Positions 38,359 to 48,348 of a stretch of DNA of 64,000 bases are shown here, one piece after another; the stretch's first letter is position 1, and the number at the start of each line of letters is the position of its first letter. The stretch comes from Candidatus Latescibacterota bacterium (GTDB taxonomy: Bacteria > Latescibacterota > UBA2968 > UBA8231): contig CBDCXV010000001.1 of assembly GCA_965223905.1 (NCBI GenBank), forward strand, positions 96,001 through 160,000, given 5' to 3'. The notes below the pieces were generated by a model. The model was not told the origin of the DNA and made no database searches. It saw only the letters and a list, made by a program, of their open reading frames with translations. Made by a program: the position numbers and the translations under genes.

Positions 38359-40857
38359 ATGAAAACTGCGCTTTTGCTGAGAGTCGCCGTTTCAATCGCA
38401 GTTGCCTCCGGCGTCGGCGTAGCAGCGGTCGAACCGCACCCGGATTGGGTCAACGCCCTTCAGCCTCGGGGCGCCCCCGGCCCTGAACTGACGCTGGCGC
38501 GGGAGGGTGGCACCGATTACGTCATCCTGCTGCCTTCTGCGCCCACAGGACAGGACGAGAAGGCCGCACAGGAGCTGGAACGGTGGCTCGAGGAGATGAC
38601 AGGCGCTCAATTCCCCGTCGTAACCGAGGGGGACCAGAGCCGGGATCGGGGAAAGGTGATCAGCATCGGCCGTACCTCCCGGTTGGAAGCTGCCGTTCTT
38701 CCCCAGAAGGAAGCGGACCTGGGTGCGGAAGGGATCGCCATCGGCGCCGAGGGAACCGACCTGTATCTGTGGGGCGGACGTCTGCGGGGTGCGATCAATA
38801 CGGTGTTCGTCCTCCTCGAGGAGAACCTTGGGTGCCGTTGGTACAGCTCCGAACACCCACCGGTCATCCCCGAACGACCCACTCTCATCTTTCGACCCGT
38901 ACCGCGGGTACACCTGCCGCCGTTGGAGTTGCGAGATCCGTTCTACGGCGCTGCACTGGTTCCGGAGTGGAGCCTGCAGAACCGGACCAACTCGCGCAGC
39001 CTGGAGATACCGTCCGAATGGGGCGGATGGCCGAAGAGCGTACCGAAGATGGTCCATACGTCGGAGCTGTTCGTGTCATCGGAGAAGTATTTCGAGACGA
39101 ACCCCGAGTACTTCGCCATGAACGCCGAGGGCGAGCGAGAGCCCACGCAATTGTGTCTGACCAATCCGGACGTGAGGCGCATCAGCATCGAGCGGGCGCT
39201 GAAGTTTCTCGACGAGAACCCGGATGCGCGGTTCCTCGATTTCTCCGCCAATGACTGGCGAGGATACTGCCTGTGCCCGACCTGCAAGGCTCTGGACGAG
39301 GCCGAGGCGACCGACCACGGCTACGGCAGCCGCTACGGATCGCACGCCGGCACGACCATTTCAATGGTCAATGCCCTGGCCGAGGCAACCGCCGAGAAGC
39401 ATCCCCACGTCCTGGTCACGGCGCTTGCCTATCTCGGCACCCTCGAACCGCCGAGGGCGCTAAGACCACATGAGAATGTGCGCATCGTCATGACGACGAC
39501 GGCCCACTGGGGAACGATTTGCCGCTACGTAACGGAAAGCGCGATGCAAGCCGACATCATGCGGGGCTGGCATCGCGTCGGCGCCAGGCTCATCATCTGG
39601 CACTACCCGATCGTGTACGGGCCCGCTTTCGTCGGTCCCGTGCTCAACCTCAAGGTGCTCAGTGGCGACATGCGTTTCTTCATCAACAACGGCGCCAGGG
39701 GGATCATGCTGCAGGCGCTGGATACATTCACCCGCGGAGTCGACCGCGAATTTCTTCGCACCTGGGTTTTCGCCAAACAGATGTGGAACCCTCGGCTCAA
39801 CACGGACGAGCTGGTGCGCGACTTCACTTACGGCTTCTACGGGGCTGCGGCAGAGCCTGTGCTGCGATTGTGGGAACTTATGGCCAGGACCTGGGATGAC
39901 GAGCATATGGAACCGTCGCTTCAGTACGGCTCCATTCCGGAGGCCGTCTTCGAACCTCGGTTCCTCGACCCGGCCATGGCCTGTCTCGACGAGGCGGAGC
40001 AGCTGGCCAAGGACGACGCGGACTTGCGCGCGCGCGTGCGACTGGCCAGGCTGCCGATCTGGTACTGCCAGTCGAGGCGCGGGCCGGTAGACGGGCTGCC
40101 CGCCTACCGTGCCCTGCTTGACGAGATGCAACAGTTCGGAGAGCAGGAGTACGAGCGGCACAAGTACGGTCTTCCCCGCTTGGAATGGGCCTCCATGTCC
40201 AGCTTCTTCGAAGACGTAAACCACCGGCGGGCGATCGCCGAGTTCGATGCCGAAGACGGCGACTTCTTCTGCCTGGGTCCGCAGTGGGAATACCGGGCCG
40301 ATCCGCACGAGCAAGGTGCAGAGCAACGTTGGTTCGAGTCTGCGAAAGCGCCACAGAATTGGCGGACCTTGAACGACGATCAGGTCGAAGGTTTCAATCC
40401 ACAGGGGTTGAACGAGTTGACCGGCGATGTTTGGTTCCGCACCCAATTCACCGTACCCGATGGCTTCGACTCCCGGACCTACTACTGGATGCTCCTGGAT
40501 GCTTTCGACCGCGAAGACACTTGGGTCTACCTCGACGGGGAACTCGTCTTCAAACAGGTGGCTGCCGAGATGGCGCACGGGACGCCCGTGCTCTCCGGCG
40601 TGATGCAGTGGCCGGTCATGCTGGCCGCGCGAAAGCTGCTCGAGCCGGGCGGTATATATGAGATGGCGCTACGGGTGCGCTATCGCGACCGTGCGGACGG
40701 TCGCCGCCTGCAGCCGGTATCCCTGATCAGCAGCAATCTGCCGCCGATGACCCATGGGGGGAGCTTCCCCGATGCCTATCCCGGCTTCGTCCGGGAGCTG
40801 CCCCGCGTCTGGCCGGCTGCAATCGCGGAACACCGGCGCCTGCGAGGCAGGCTCTGA
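38359..40857 (+). CDS. Secreted DUF4838-like putative glycoside hydrolase with C-terminal galactose-binding-like domain
   Basis: Signal peptide; AAQEL..WLEEMTG, LGCRWY, PEYFA, QLCLTNP, YCLCPTC, MWNP, YGAAA; C-terminal W.Y..DP...G...WF and VWFRTQF. Confidence 0.75.
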   Translation: MKTALLLRVAVSIAVASGVGVAAVEPHPDWVNALQPRGAPGPELTLAREGGTDYVILLPSAPTGQDEKAAQELERWLEEMTGAQFPVVTEGDQSRDRGKVISIGRTSRLEAAVLPQKEADLGAEGIAIGAEGTDLYLWGGRLRGAINTVFVLLEENLGCRWYSSEHPPVIPERPTLIFRPVPRVHLPPLELRDPFYGAALVPEWSLQNRTNSRSLEIPSEWGGWPKSVPKMVHTSELFVSSEKYFETNPEYFAMNAEGEREPTQLCLTNPDVRRISIERALKFLDENPDARFLDFSANDWRGYCLCPTCKALDEAEATDHGYGSRYGSHAGTTISMVNALAEATAEKHPHVLVTALAYLGTLEPPRALRPHENVRIVMTTTAHWGTICRYVTESAMQADIMRGWHRVGARLIIWHYPIVYGPAFVGPVLNLKVLSGDMRFFINNGARGIMLQALDTFTRGVDREFLRTWVFAKQMWNPRLNTDELVRDFTYGFYGAAAEPVLRLWELMARTWDDEHMEPSLQYGSIPEAVFEPRFLDPAMACLDEAEQLAKDDADLRARVRLARLPIWYCQSRRGPVDGLPAYRALLDEMQQFGEQEYERHKYGLPRLEWASMSSFFEDVNHRRAIAEFDAEDGDFFCLGPQWEYRADPHEQGAEQRWFESAKAPQNWRTLNDDQVEGFNPQGLNELTGDVWFRTQFTVPDGFDSRTYYWMLLDAFDREDTWVYLDGELVFKQVAAEMAHGTPVLSGVMQWPVMLAARKLLEPGGIYEMALRVRYRDRADGRRLQPVSLISSNLPPMTHGGSFPDAYPGFVRELPRVWPAAIAEHRRLRGRL

Positions 40858-40929
40858 GGTAAGCGGCGCATGGCGCGAGCGCGACCCCGGCGAAATCCCC
40901 TGCTCGAATCCAACCCCTGAAGGTATCCA

Positions 40930-41823
40930 ATGAAAGTGAAAAGAATCGTCTACCTGATTCATTCCATGATCTACAGCAACCTCGCCGCCAGGGATCCGCA
41001 GACCATTCACAACACGAACGCCGGGATCTATCTCGAGCGCGAGTTGCTGTGCGAACGGCGCTGGCGGGCGGCGATCGGTCAACTTGAACCCAATGCGGTT
41101 TACGCTCAGCTCGCCTCCGATGTCGGCGGGGGAGACGAGATCCTCTCCTACGCCAGGCAGCAACTCGGCGACGACCGCGTCATCGTGCCGGAGGCCGAGT
41201 GGCACGACGGGATCGACCCGGAGCACTACAAGCAGAATCTGACCGACTCGTTTCTATCGCAACTGGCCGACAAGGGTCATGACCTCGACCGGGAAACCAC
41301 TGAACTGGAACTGTGGGGTGAGTCGTTCACCGGATGTGTCTACGGGTACGGCACCGCCCTGTGTCGACAGGTCGGTCTGAATAATCCTGCATTCGTCAAC
41401 TTCGACATGACCGTGCCCGACGAGCGCCTTCTCTGCAAGGCCGAGTTGGTGACGCATTTCCTCCTTCCGGACAGCGCCACTCGAGGCTACCTCTTCGACA
41501 GTCCTTTGGGCTATCCGATCGGCCTTTTCATCGACGGCTTCAGGAGGTCTGACGCAGGGGCGACGGGCACGATCAAGCTCACCCTGGACACAAGCAAGGT
41601 GATGCTGGAAAGCCCTACAGGCATCACCCTGTACGCCCATCTCAGCGTCGACCGACCCAACCGCAGAATCCCCGTCATGCCCACGCGCGATTCCAACGAC
41701 ATCGCCGCCACGGCTGAGGGTTTGGAGATACCCCAGGGCTGCGCGCACTCCATCCTGGGTGTTCTTATGAGCCCGGCAGCCCTGCTCGCAGCCATGCAGA
41801 CGGCCACGGTCCGCGACGCGTGA
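40930..41823 (+). CDS. Hypothetical protein
   Basis: 297-aa ORF with normal codon usage; no family recognised. Confidence 0.7.
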   Translation: MKVKRIVYLIHSMIYSNLAARDPQTIHNTNAGIYLERELLCERRWRAAIGQLEPNAVYAQLASDVGGGDEILSYARQQLGDDRVIVPEAEWHDGIDPEHYKQNLTDSFLSQLADKGHDLDRETTELELWGESFTGCVYGYGTALCRQVGLNNPAFVNFDMTVPDERLLCKAELVTHFLLPDSATRGYLFDSPLGYPIGLFIDGFRRSDAGATGTIKLTLDTSKVMLESPTGITLYAHLSVDRPNRRIPVMPTRDSNDIAATAEGLEIPQGCAHSILGVLMSPAALLAAMQTATVRDA

Positions 41824-41859
41824 TGATCGCTACCCCGACGACGAAGATGAGGATGGGGG

Positions 41860-43860
41860 TTAGTACGCCACGGAGATTACGCCGCTCCGCTCGTCGCGCC
41901 GTTCATCCGTCTCCACCGAGATGAAATAGATGTAGTTCCCCGGCGGAACCAGTTGGTCCCCGTCGTCACTTCCATCCCAGAACCATTCGTGCCTGCCGCT
42001 GAGGAGGGGGCCCCTCTGCAGCCGCCGAACCGTGCGACCGGCGAGGTCGTAGAGCGTGACCTGGGATTCGCCCGCCTCGCTCAGGTGGAGTAGCGCATAG
42101 GAAAGGACAGCCTGATCGTTGATCTGGTCCCCATTTGGGGTCAACACGCGGGGCGTCACCTGCAAGGCGTCGATAAGCTGTCCGCTTAAGGGGAAGGTCA
42201 CCGCAACCCCGCTGCCGGTGTAGAGACTGGAAGCATCGCCCCCGTCCACGAGCTGACGGACCTCGTCCAAGTCCTGGTCGAAAATCCAACTCCTGAACTC
42301 CGCGCCGTATCTGACTACCTGAGCCTCGAAAACGACTTCCAAGGGCGTCTTCGACTTCTCGATTCCCTGGAGTTGCTCGAAGTGCACGATGAGCCGGTCG
42401 TCGAGTATCTCAAGCGCGTCTGTTCGGGGAAGGCACGGAGCACACACGGTATCGGCGCCGACCCGCAGAGAGCGGACGGACGAAGGCCTCACGAATGTCT
42501 CGATCTCCAGGCTGTCGAAGCCGAGGTTGGTGTCTGTGAGCGTGGGTAGAACGGTGTAGGTAAAGACCGTATCCACGCCCGCCTGCACCTCGCGGGGGAA
42601 TATTTCGGCTACAGCCCGGCTGGCACTGGGCGGTTTGGAGAAGTCGAAGCCGACCGCCTCCAGCCGGGCGCCGTCGGTGATGGTGTTGTGGAAATCGATG
42701 CGGAACTGGAAGTAGCGCGCCGGCCCCGGGGACGTCAGCGGCACGCCCTCCACGCCACGGTCGAAATCGTAAGGCGGCGACCAGAAACTCCAGTTTTCGG
42801 TGTCGTATTCCCTGGGTCCGCGCTGGGTAGGCGGCAGTCTGTTGAAATCTCTCAGCGTCAGCGGCCGGCCGTCCAATGTCAGCGCGGCCATCTCGTCTCC
42901 CCGCCCCGGAATCCACCAGTAGACACTCGGATCCGGTGGGTCCTCGTCAAGGCCGGTTCGGGTCCGGATGACCACGCGGGCGTTCTCGTCTTTTGAACCG
43001 AGCCAGTGCAGCCGGCCCCAGCTGGCCTGCGTGCCGGGTAGATCCGGAAACACCTGAGATATATCGATGATCTCGGAGATGTAGGTTGCCTTTGGAACAA
43101 AACCTTCGCCGTAGATTTCAAGCTCGGCGATTTCCGCGGGCTTGCGGTTCGAGAACCGGAAGGCTTCCCTGGGATTCCGGGCGCGATTCTGCTGCTTGAT
43201 GGAGACATGACGGACCAGGCGGAGTGGAAACTCGGAGACGACTTCCCAATCCGTATTCTCGGTCTCCATGCGAATCTCGCAAGGCAGCGGCTCACAGTAC
43301 TCGTCCCATCTTGGGCTGCCCCCACCGGTGAGATTCTGTGGATCGCCATCGTTTACGTAGAGGGTGAACCAGTCGATGGTCTTCGTGACCCGATCCGGGT
43401 GGGTGTAGAACCGGATGCGATTGACCGGGAAGACGCCGCCCAGATCCAGTTTCGGCCAGCATAAAAATTTGGTGACCGGGAACACGAAAAAGGTCTCGAT
43501 ATTCCCGTCCAAGGCCGGGGAAAAATCGCAGAATTCGGAGGAAAGCCTGCCGCCCCGCTCCTCATACCCCAGACTCAGGTTGATGTCTGGCGTCACGGAG
43601 AACGGGGCCACGTGGGTCGCGGAAATGTCGAGCTGGATCATTCCGCGGGTAGTCTTGTTGAAGTCGGGGTAGATGCCCTCCTCCCCGTGTGCCGCGGTCT
43701 CCATCCAGCCGCGCGTCTCCTTCTCCAGTCCCGGGGACGTGGGCCACAGCCCATCGGTCGAACCGATAACGAGCAGGGCACGCGCCAGTGTTCCTTCGGG
43801 AAGGGCGAGGCTGAAGAGCGTTGCCGCCAGAAGGAGACAGGAGAAGCCTTTTGCATTCAT
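41860..43860 (-). CDS. Secreted discoidin-like/FlgD-tail surface protein (paralog 1)
   Basis: Signal peptide; LDLGGVFPVNRIRFY, ELEIYGEGFVP, RTRTG, WSFWSPPY, SPGPARYFQ, TPNGDQIND, WDGSDDGDQLVPPGNY...SVAY*. Confidence 0.8.
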   Translation of the reverse strand: MNAKGFSCLLLAATLFSLALPEGTLARALLVIGSTDGLWPTSPGLEKETRGWMETAAHGEEGIYPDFNKTTRGMIQLDISATHVAPFSVTPDINLSLGYEERGGRLSSEFCDFSPALDGNIETFFVFPVTKFLCWPKLDLGGVFPVNRIRFYTHPDRVTKTIDWFTLYVNDGDPQNLTGGGSPRWDEYCEPLPCEIRMETENTDWEVVSEFPLRLVRHVSIKQQNRARNPREAFRFSNRKPAEIAELEIYGEGFVPKATYISEIIDISQVFPDLPGTQASWGRLHWLGSKDENARVVIRTRTGLDEDPPDPSVYWWIPGRGDEMAALTLDGRPLTLRDFNRLPPTQRGPREYDTENWSFWSPPYDFDRGVEGVPLTSPGPARYFQFRIDFHNTITDGARLEAVGFDFSKPPSASRAVAEIFPREVQAGVDTVFTYTVLPTLTDTNLGFDSLEIETFVRPSSVRSLRVGADTVCAPCLPRTDALEILDDRLIVHFEQLQGIEKSKTPLEVVFEAQVVRYGAEFRSWIFDQDLDEVRQLVDGGDASSLYTGSGVAVTFPLSGQLIDALQVTPRVLTPNGDQINDQAVLSYALLHLSEAGESQVTLYDLAGRTVRRLQRGPLLSGRHEWFWDGSDDGDQLVPPGNYIYFISVETDERRDERSGVISVAY

Positions 43861-44019
43861 CGGGCAAAACTCCCTTTGTCGAGATACCTCCTGGTGGAGG
43901 TAGAGCAGACCCCACAAAAGGGCGAAGAAACCAAGTTGAGGGCGGTGATCCAGGGACGACCGGAATGCCAGCGGTAGTGCTGTTTTAAGGTTTGCAACAC
44001 CGCGGGTGCATCATGTTGG

Positions 44020-47000
44020 TCAATAGGCCACGCTCACGACCCGGACCAGGGCGGTATCAGAGCCCGAGTCGCTGTCCACGTGGATGCGGCACAAATAGAG
44101 CCCGGGCGGCACCAAGTCTCCGGCGGCGGTCCGACCGTCCCACTCCAGCACCTCCTCGCCGCCCCTGCCCAGAGTCGACTCCACGGCCACCACCTCACCA
44201 CCGAGGGTAAAAAAACGGGCCTCGATCGGGCGCGGTACGTTGATGTTCACCACCGACAGCACCATGCGCAGACGATCATTGATGCCGTCGCCATTTGGTG
44301 TGAACGGATTGGAGGTGATTTCCAGACTGTGCAGGGCGCGTTGCGCGATCGGGGAAAACACGGACGTACCATGGCCCTCGATCCGCTCCATTGCGTCCCC
44401 CGGGTCCACTCGCTGCCACGATCCGGGTATTCGGGAGTTGGCCACTTCAGACGAAAAGGTCGTGCCGTTCAGGAAGATTCGGGAGCGGAAGCGCAGCTCA
44501 ACCACCTCGCCTTCGCGCACGACTACCCCTTTCCGATTGCCCAGGCGATTGTAACGGCTCCGGGTCAGCGGCTCTCCGTCGTTGTCCAAGGCTACCTCCT
44601 CGCCTTGGAAGAGCTGTCGGAAGTAGCGCACCGGTCCCTGCGATGCGAAGGGCAGCTTGCCGTAGGTTCCCTTGTCCACCAGGCGCAGAATGGAAACAGG
44701 GGTCGCCCCGCTGCTGTCCATACCCGCGACCTCGAAGTATTCGATGCGACCCTGCTCCTCTGCCGGCAGCTGAGTATACTCATACCGCGAGAGAGGGCCG
44801 CCGGACTTGTTGAGCGGGGCCTCATCCCCGGCCAGGGCGATGCGATGGTACACCGGCTCCAGATCGGCATTCACCTCCACCAGTTCGGGAAGCTTGATCC
44901 ATATACTGTCGGGCCCGGTGGGTCGGACTTCGAGAGCCTCTCCCGATTTATTGGCAAATGTGCCGCCACCATCGTCCCCGAATACCTCGACTTCGTCTCC
45001 CGGAAGTCCTTCGCCCCCCAGCAACTCCTCCCGTCCCCCCAGACGCACTTCGATCAACGCCATCTCCGTCCGCTGCGAGGCCATTACCCGGATCTCGTCG
45101 AAACGGGGGCTCGCATCCGGCTGCTCCACGAACAACGGCCGCACATACAGCGAAAACGTGTCGGCTTCAACGCTGCGCACCTCCATCCGGGGCGTGATTT
45201 CGGCAACCAGCTGCCGCGCCAGGGGATCGGTGAGGTGCACGATCAGCGAATCCAGCGTCGCAAACAGATCCGGCCGGCTCGACCGCAACTTGGCCTGCAG
45301 CTTGAGAAACCGCCTCGGCGAAGGCGACAGAAAAGCGTCTCCGGGATGCTCATACGCCTTGCTCCACGGGCTCCAGTCCACCCCGGGAGCGTAGGTTGCA
45401 GTCGAATCGCCGCGACGCGACGCGACCTTTCTGGAATACTGCTGGCGCGTGATTTCCTTGCCGTTCGAGTCGAAAAAGTGCCATTCCGGGATCAGCTCGT
45501 TCCCGGTCTGGGTGCGGATCTCGATACCGGTTCCCGGCGGGGTCTCGCCGACCCATGACACCCGCGTCAGGTTGCGCTCTTGGGACCCGCCGTCACTGTT
45601 CTTGAACTCGATGAGCGGCGAGGTAAGCGTCACCTCGGGAACATACCCTTCCCCGAACAATTGGATCTCGGAAAACGGCCGTTCCTCTCCGTGGACGGCC
45701 GTATACCTGCCGGTACCGTCGAGATGCCTGACTTCAAGGAAGCGAACCGGGCGCGATTCGAAGCGGTCCTCGAAATACAGCACCTTTGAAGCATTGATTT
45801 CGCGCTCCACCGGACTGATGGAATCCCAGACCAGGGTCCTGTCCGAAGCCCTGGATCCGTCCGAGACCCGCGTTACATACCCGTGTAACCAGGCTCTCAT
45901 GTTACTGAATTCAGGGAAGGGGAGAAGGCGGACGGTGTCGATCCAGAACGTGGACCCGAGGTCGGCCGTCATCCGCCCGCCCTTTGTGGCCGCGGGTCCC
46001 TCGGCAGCGAAGACCGGGGCCAACCAGAAGGTGCCCCACTGCCCGTCGAATGCATTCAAGGCCACTTGTCTAGTGGCAGCGTCGCCGGTAACCTCGATCG
46101 CCCCGCCCCTCTCCAGGATCCCCAGACCCAGGTTGTCCCCAAGCGTGTGAACCTCCACGTCCGCCAGTCGCGGCCGCTCCCGCCGGTAGAACCGCACCGT
46201 ATCCTGGCGCTCAGGGTTGGCCTCGAATTCGCGCTTGCTGGCCCGGTTGGCCCCCCCGTCCATACTCTTCAGGTAGTAATCCACGGCGCCCCGCTGCACC
46301 GCGGGCAGGGCGGCGTGAGCGGCCCTGCTGATCTCCTCGGCCCGGTCGAGGTTGCTGTCGGTCACCACGATCCGCACGTACTGCACCGGCATTCCGGTGA
46401 AACCTTGCACTGCAACGTCGTCCGGCTCGAGCAGATACTCGAACAGCCGCTGGTCGCGCACCCCACGGGTCGTACCCCCGATGATGCGGTAGTTCATCAA
46501 CTGTTTGTTGCCAAAGGCAAAGTCCCCCCTGCTTGCCAGCACCCTGAACTGAAAAAACGGATCGCCCAGATCCTCCTCGACGAAACGCAAAACGATCTTC
46601 TCCGCTGCCACCAGTCGGCCGAGATCCAGCTCCAGCCACCACTCGTTCGGCGGCCGGTCCAGATCCGGACCCCAGAAGGTCTCGAAGCGATCTGCACCCC
46701 GGTCGATCGCACCCCCCGCCCGCGCCTGGTTGCAGCCCGCATCCTTGATGCCGCCCCGAGCAAGGAGAGCCGACCCCTTCTCGAAGGTGTTGATGAAAAA
46801 ATCCTTCTGTGTGTTCTCGATGGGATGGGTGAATGAGGCGGCCTCGCTCACCGCGTCCACCTTTTTTCTGATCAATTTCGGTCGGAACTGTCCCGCCCGG
46901 GTGATTTCCACCGCATCCTGGCGGCTCTCGCCGACTGGCTCCTGCAGATCCCCCAGGCTCCACTCGTTCCAGTCCCGCTCCCGGGCCACTGTAAGCCGCT

Positions 47001-47094
47001 GGCCGTGCAACTGGAAGCCTTGGGCGAACACCGAACCAGTCCAGAGCGCAAAGGCCAATCCCAGGAACGCGGCTTTTTTCAAATTTTCATGCAT
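44020..47094 (-). CDS. Secreted protein with two discoidin-like domains and FlgD tail (paralog 2)
   Basis: Signal peptide; ELDLGRLV and ADLGSTFWID; EIQLFGEGYVP, RTQTG, WSPWS, SPSPRRFL, NPFTPNGDGIND, WDGRTAAGDLVPPGLY...SVAY*. Confidence 0.8.
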   Translation of the reverse strand: MHENLKKAAFLGLAFALWTGSVFAQGFQLHGQRLTVARERDWNEWSLGDLQEPVGESRQDAVEITRAGQFRPKLIRKKVDAVSEAASFTHPIENTQKDFFINTFEKGSALLARGGIKDAGCNQARAGGAIDRGADRFETFWGPDLDRPPNEWWLELDLGRLVAAEKIVLRFVEEDLGDPFFQFRVLASRGDFAFGNKQLMNYRIIGGTTRGVRDQRLFEYLLEPDDVAVQGFTGMPVQYVRIVVTDSNLDRAEEISRAAHAALPAVQRGAVDYYLKSMDGGANRASKREFEANPERQDTVRFYRRERPRLADVEVHTLGDNLGLGILERGGAIEVTGDAATRQVALNAFDGQWGTFWLAPVFAAEGPAATKGGRMTADLGSTFWIDTVRLLPFPEFSNMRAWLHGYVTRVSDGSRASDRTLVWDSISPVEREINASKVLYFEDRFESRPVRFLEVRHLDGTGRYTAVHGEERPFSEIQLFGEGYVPEVTLTSPLIEFKNSDGGSQERNLTRVSWVGETPPGTGIEIRTQTGNELIPEWHFFDSNGKEITRQQYSRKVASRRGDSTATYAPGVDWSPWSKAYEHPGDAFLSPSPRRFLKLQAKLRSSRPDLFATLDSLIVHLTDPLARQLVAEITPRMEVRSVEADTFSLYVRPLFVEQPDASPRFDEIRVMASQRTEMALIEVRLGGREELLGGEGLPGDEVEVFGDDGGGTFANKSGEALEVRPTGPDSIWIKLPELVEVNADLEPVYHRIALAGDEAPLNKSGGPLSRYEYTQLPAEEQGRIEYFEVAGMDSSGATPVSILRLVDKGTYGKLPFASQGPVRYFRQLFQGEEVALDNDGEPLTRSRYNRLGNRKGVVVREGEVVELRFRSRIFLNGTTFSSEVANSRIPGSWQRVDPGDAMERIEGHGTSVFSPIAQRALHSLEITSNPFTPNGDGINDRLRMVLSVVNINVPRPIEARFFTLGGEVVAVESTLGRGGEEVLEWDGRTAAGDLVPPGLYLCRIHVDSDSGSDTALVRVVSVAY

Positions 47095-47102
47095 CGTCGG
47101 AG

Positions 47103-47141
47103 AAAAAAAAGCGAGGGAGGCCTTACATCCTCCCTCGCTTT
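47103..47141 (-). terminator. Rho-independent terminator between the CBM9-like gene and paralog 2
   Basis: A8-GCGAGGGAGG-N8-CCTCCCTCGC-TTT: perfect stem, U8 on the minus strand. Confidence 0.85.
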
Positions 47142-47195
47142 CAGGCAGTTACGCCTCTTCTTCAGTGCCGATTTTACTTCTATCTACCCTTCCAC

Positions 47196-48095
47196 CTAGT
47201 GGAAGCGGGACTTCAACCGGCCCCAGGTCTCATTCTCGACCGCTGTATCTTCGGCGGGGGCGAGGAAGAAATCGCTCGTATCGTTGCCGCCGTCGAAACC
47301 TCCGGTGGCCCAGAAGCCGTCGTAGGTGTTATTGGGGCCGTCTTCCACGGGCGGGTTGTCGCCCAATGGTCCGTCGAAGTCCGCGAAGACCATGGAGAAG
47401 CCCACTGTCCCGCCCGTCTCGAAGTCGCTCCTGGTGGCTGCGCTGAGATCTTCGTTGTGGATCAGCACGTCCCACGCGGCGAGGCTGATCTCGTAGAAGT
47501 AGGTGCTCTCGCCAAATTCGTCGCCCTCGAACGACCAGGTGATGTTCATGTACGGCGGCAACGCAGCTTCCGGTTGTTTGTTTTCGCCAACCACACTGTT
47601 CGCCGCGTTGGGTCCGCCTTCGACCGGGGGCACCATGACACCCCACCACTGATACCCGTGATTTTTCGCAAGTGCTCTGGTCTCGTCGTCGACGTCCTCC
47701 ACCTTACCCCAATCCTCTATGTGGGGACTCCCGTCGTGATTGCCGTCGATGTGGAGCTCGACCGTGTCGTCTCTGATGCCATCGTCCGACTCGTGAAAGT
47801 CATCGAACACCCAACCGGCTACATAGAACAAGTCGTTGTTCGGGTTGTACCCCACCTTGAAGCGGATATCGAGGTCGTCCTTCTCGATCTCATATTGATA
47901 AATGACGTCATACGTGATATCGGTCGTGATGGCATACGCCTGATCGGGAACGATGTCCCACTCACTTATGTCCCCGTCAAGGGTGGGCAGCATGCCGTCC
48001 GGCCACAGGAACGCGTTGAACTCCAAGCCATCGTGTGCCCGCATCGGAGTGGCCAAAAAAGCTGTGGCCAAACACAACAACAAGATTTTACTCAT
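47196..48095 (-). CDS. Secreted acidic CBM9/DOMON-like protein with C-terminal TAVENETWGRLK tail
   Basis: SD GAGGAGG; signal peptide; PTLDGDISEWD, ELHIDGNHDG, VGFSMVFADFD. Confidence 0.72.
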   Translation of the reverse strand: MSKILLLCLATAFLATPMRAHDGLEFNAFLWPDGMLPTLDGDISEWDIVPDQAYAITTDITYDVIYQYEIEKDDLDIRFKVGYNPNNDLFYVAGWVFDDFHESDDGIRDDTVELHIDGNHDGSPHIEDWGKVEDVDDETRALAKNHGYQWWGVMVPPVEGGPNAANSVVGENKQPEAALPPYMNITWSFEGDEFGESTYFYEISLAAWDVLIHNEDLSAATRSDFETGGTVGFSMVFADFDGPLGDNPPVEDGPNNTYDGFWATGGFDGGNDTSDFFLAPAEDTAVENETWGRLKSRFH

Positions 48096-48120
48096 AACGT
48101 CCTCCTCTAAGGTTGGTTGA

Positions 48121-48230
48121 AAATCCGAGAGGTCGGATTTAGTTGATATAGAGCTGAGTTGATATAATGGTTCATTAAAAACGGGATGTCAAGCAAAACG
48201 TTGACAAGCCTCCCGTCTCAGTCGTATAAT
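48121..48230. promoter_or_regulatory. Divergent sigma-70 promoter region with candidate operator repeats
   Basis: Plus strand TTGACA (48201)-18 bp-TATAAT (48225); minus strand TTGACA (48192-48187)-17 bp-CATTAT; direct repeat AGTTGATATA at 48141 and 48157; inverted repeat AAATCCGA/TCGGATTT at 48121-48140. Confidence 0.7.
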
Positions 48231-48348
48231 CCACCCGCATTCTGGAGAATGTGACGCGGCCGGTATAACTATCTGATTTTCAAGAAGATATAAGAATTAA
48301 AATTTAAATCCTGGCGACCGGACTCGCCGGTCTGGCCTGAACGGGTGG

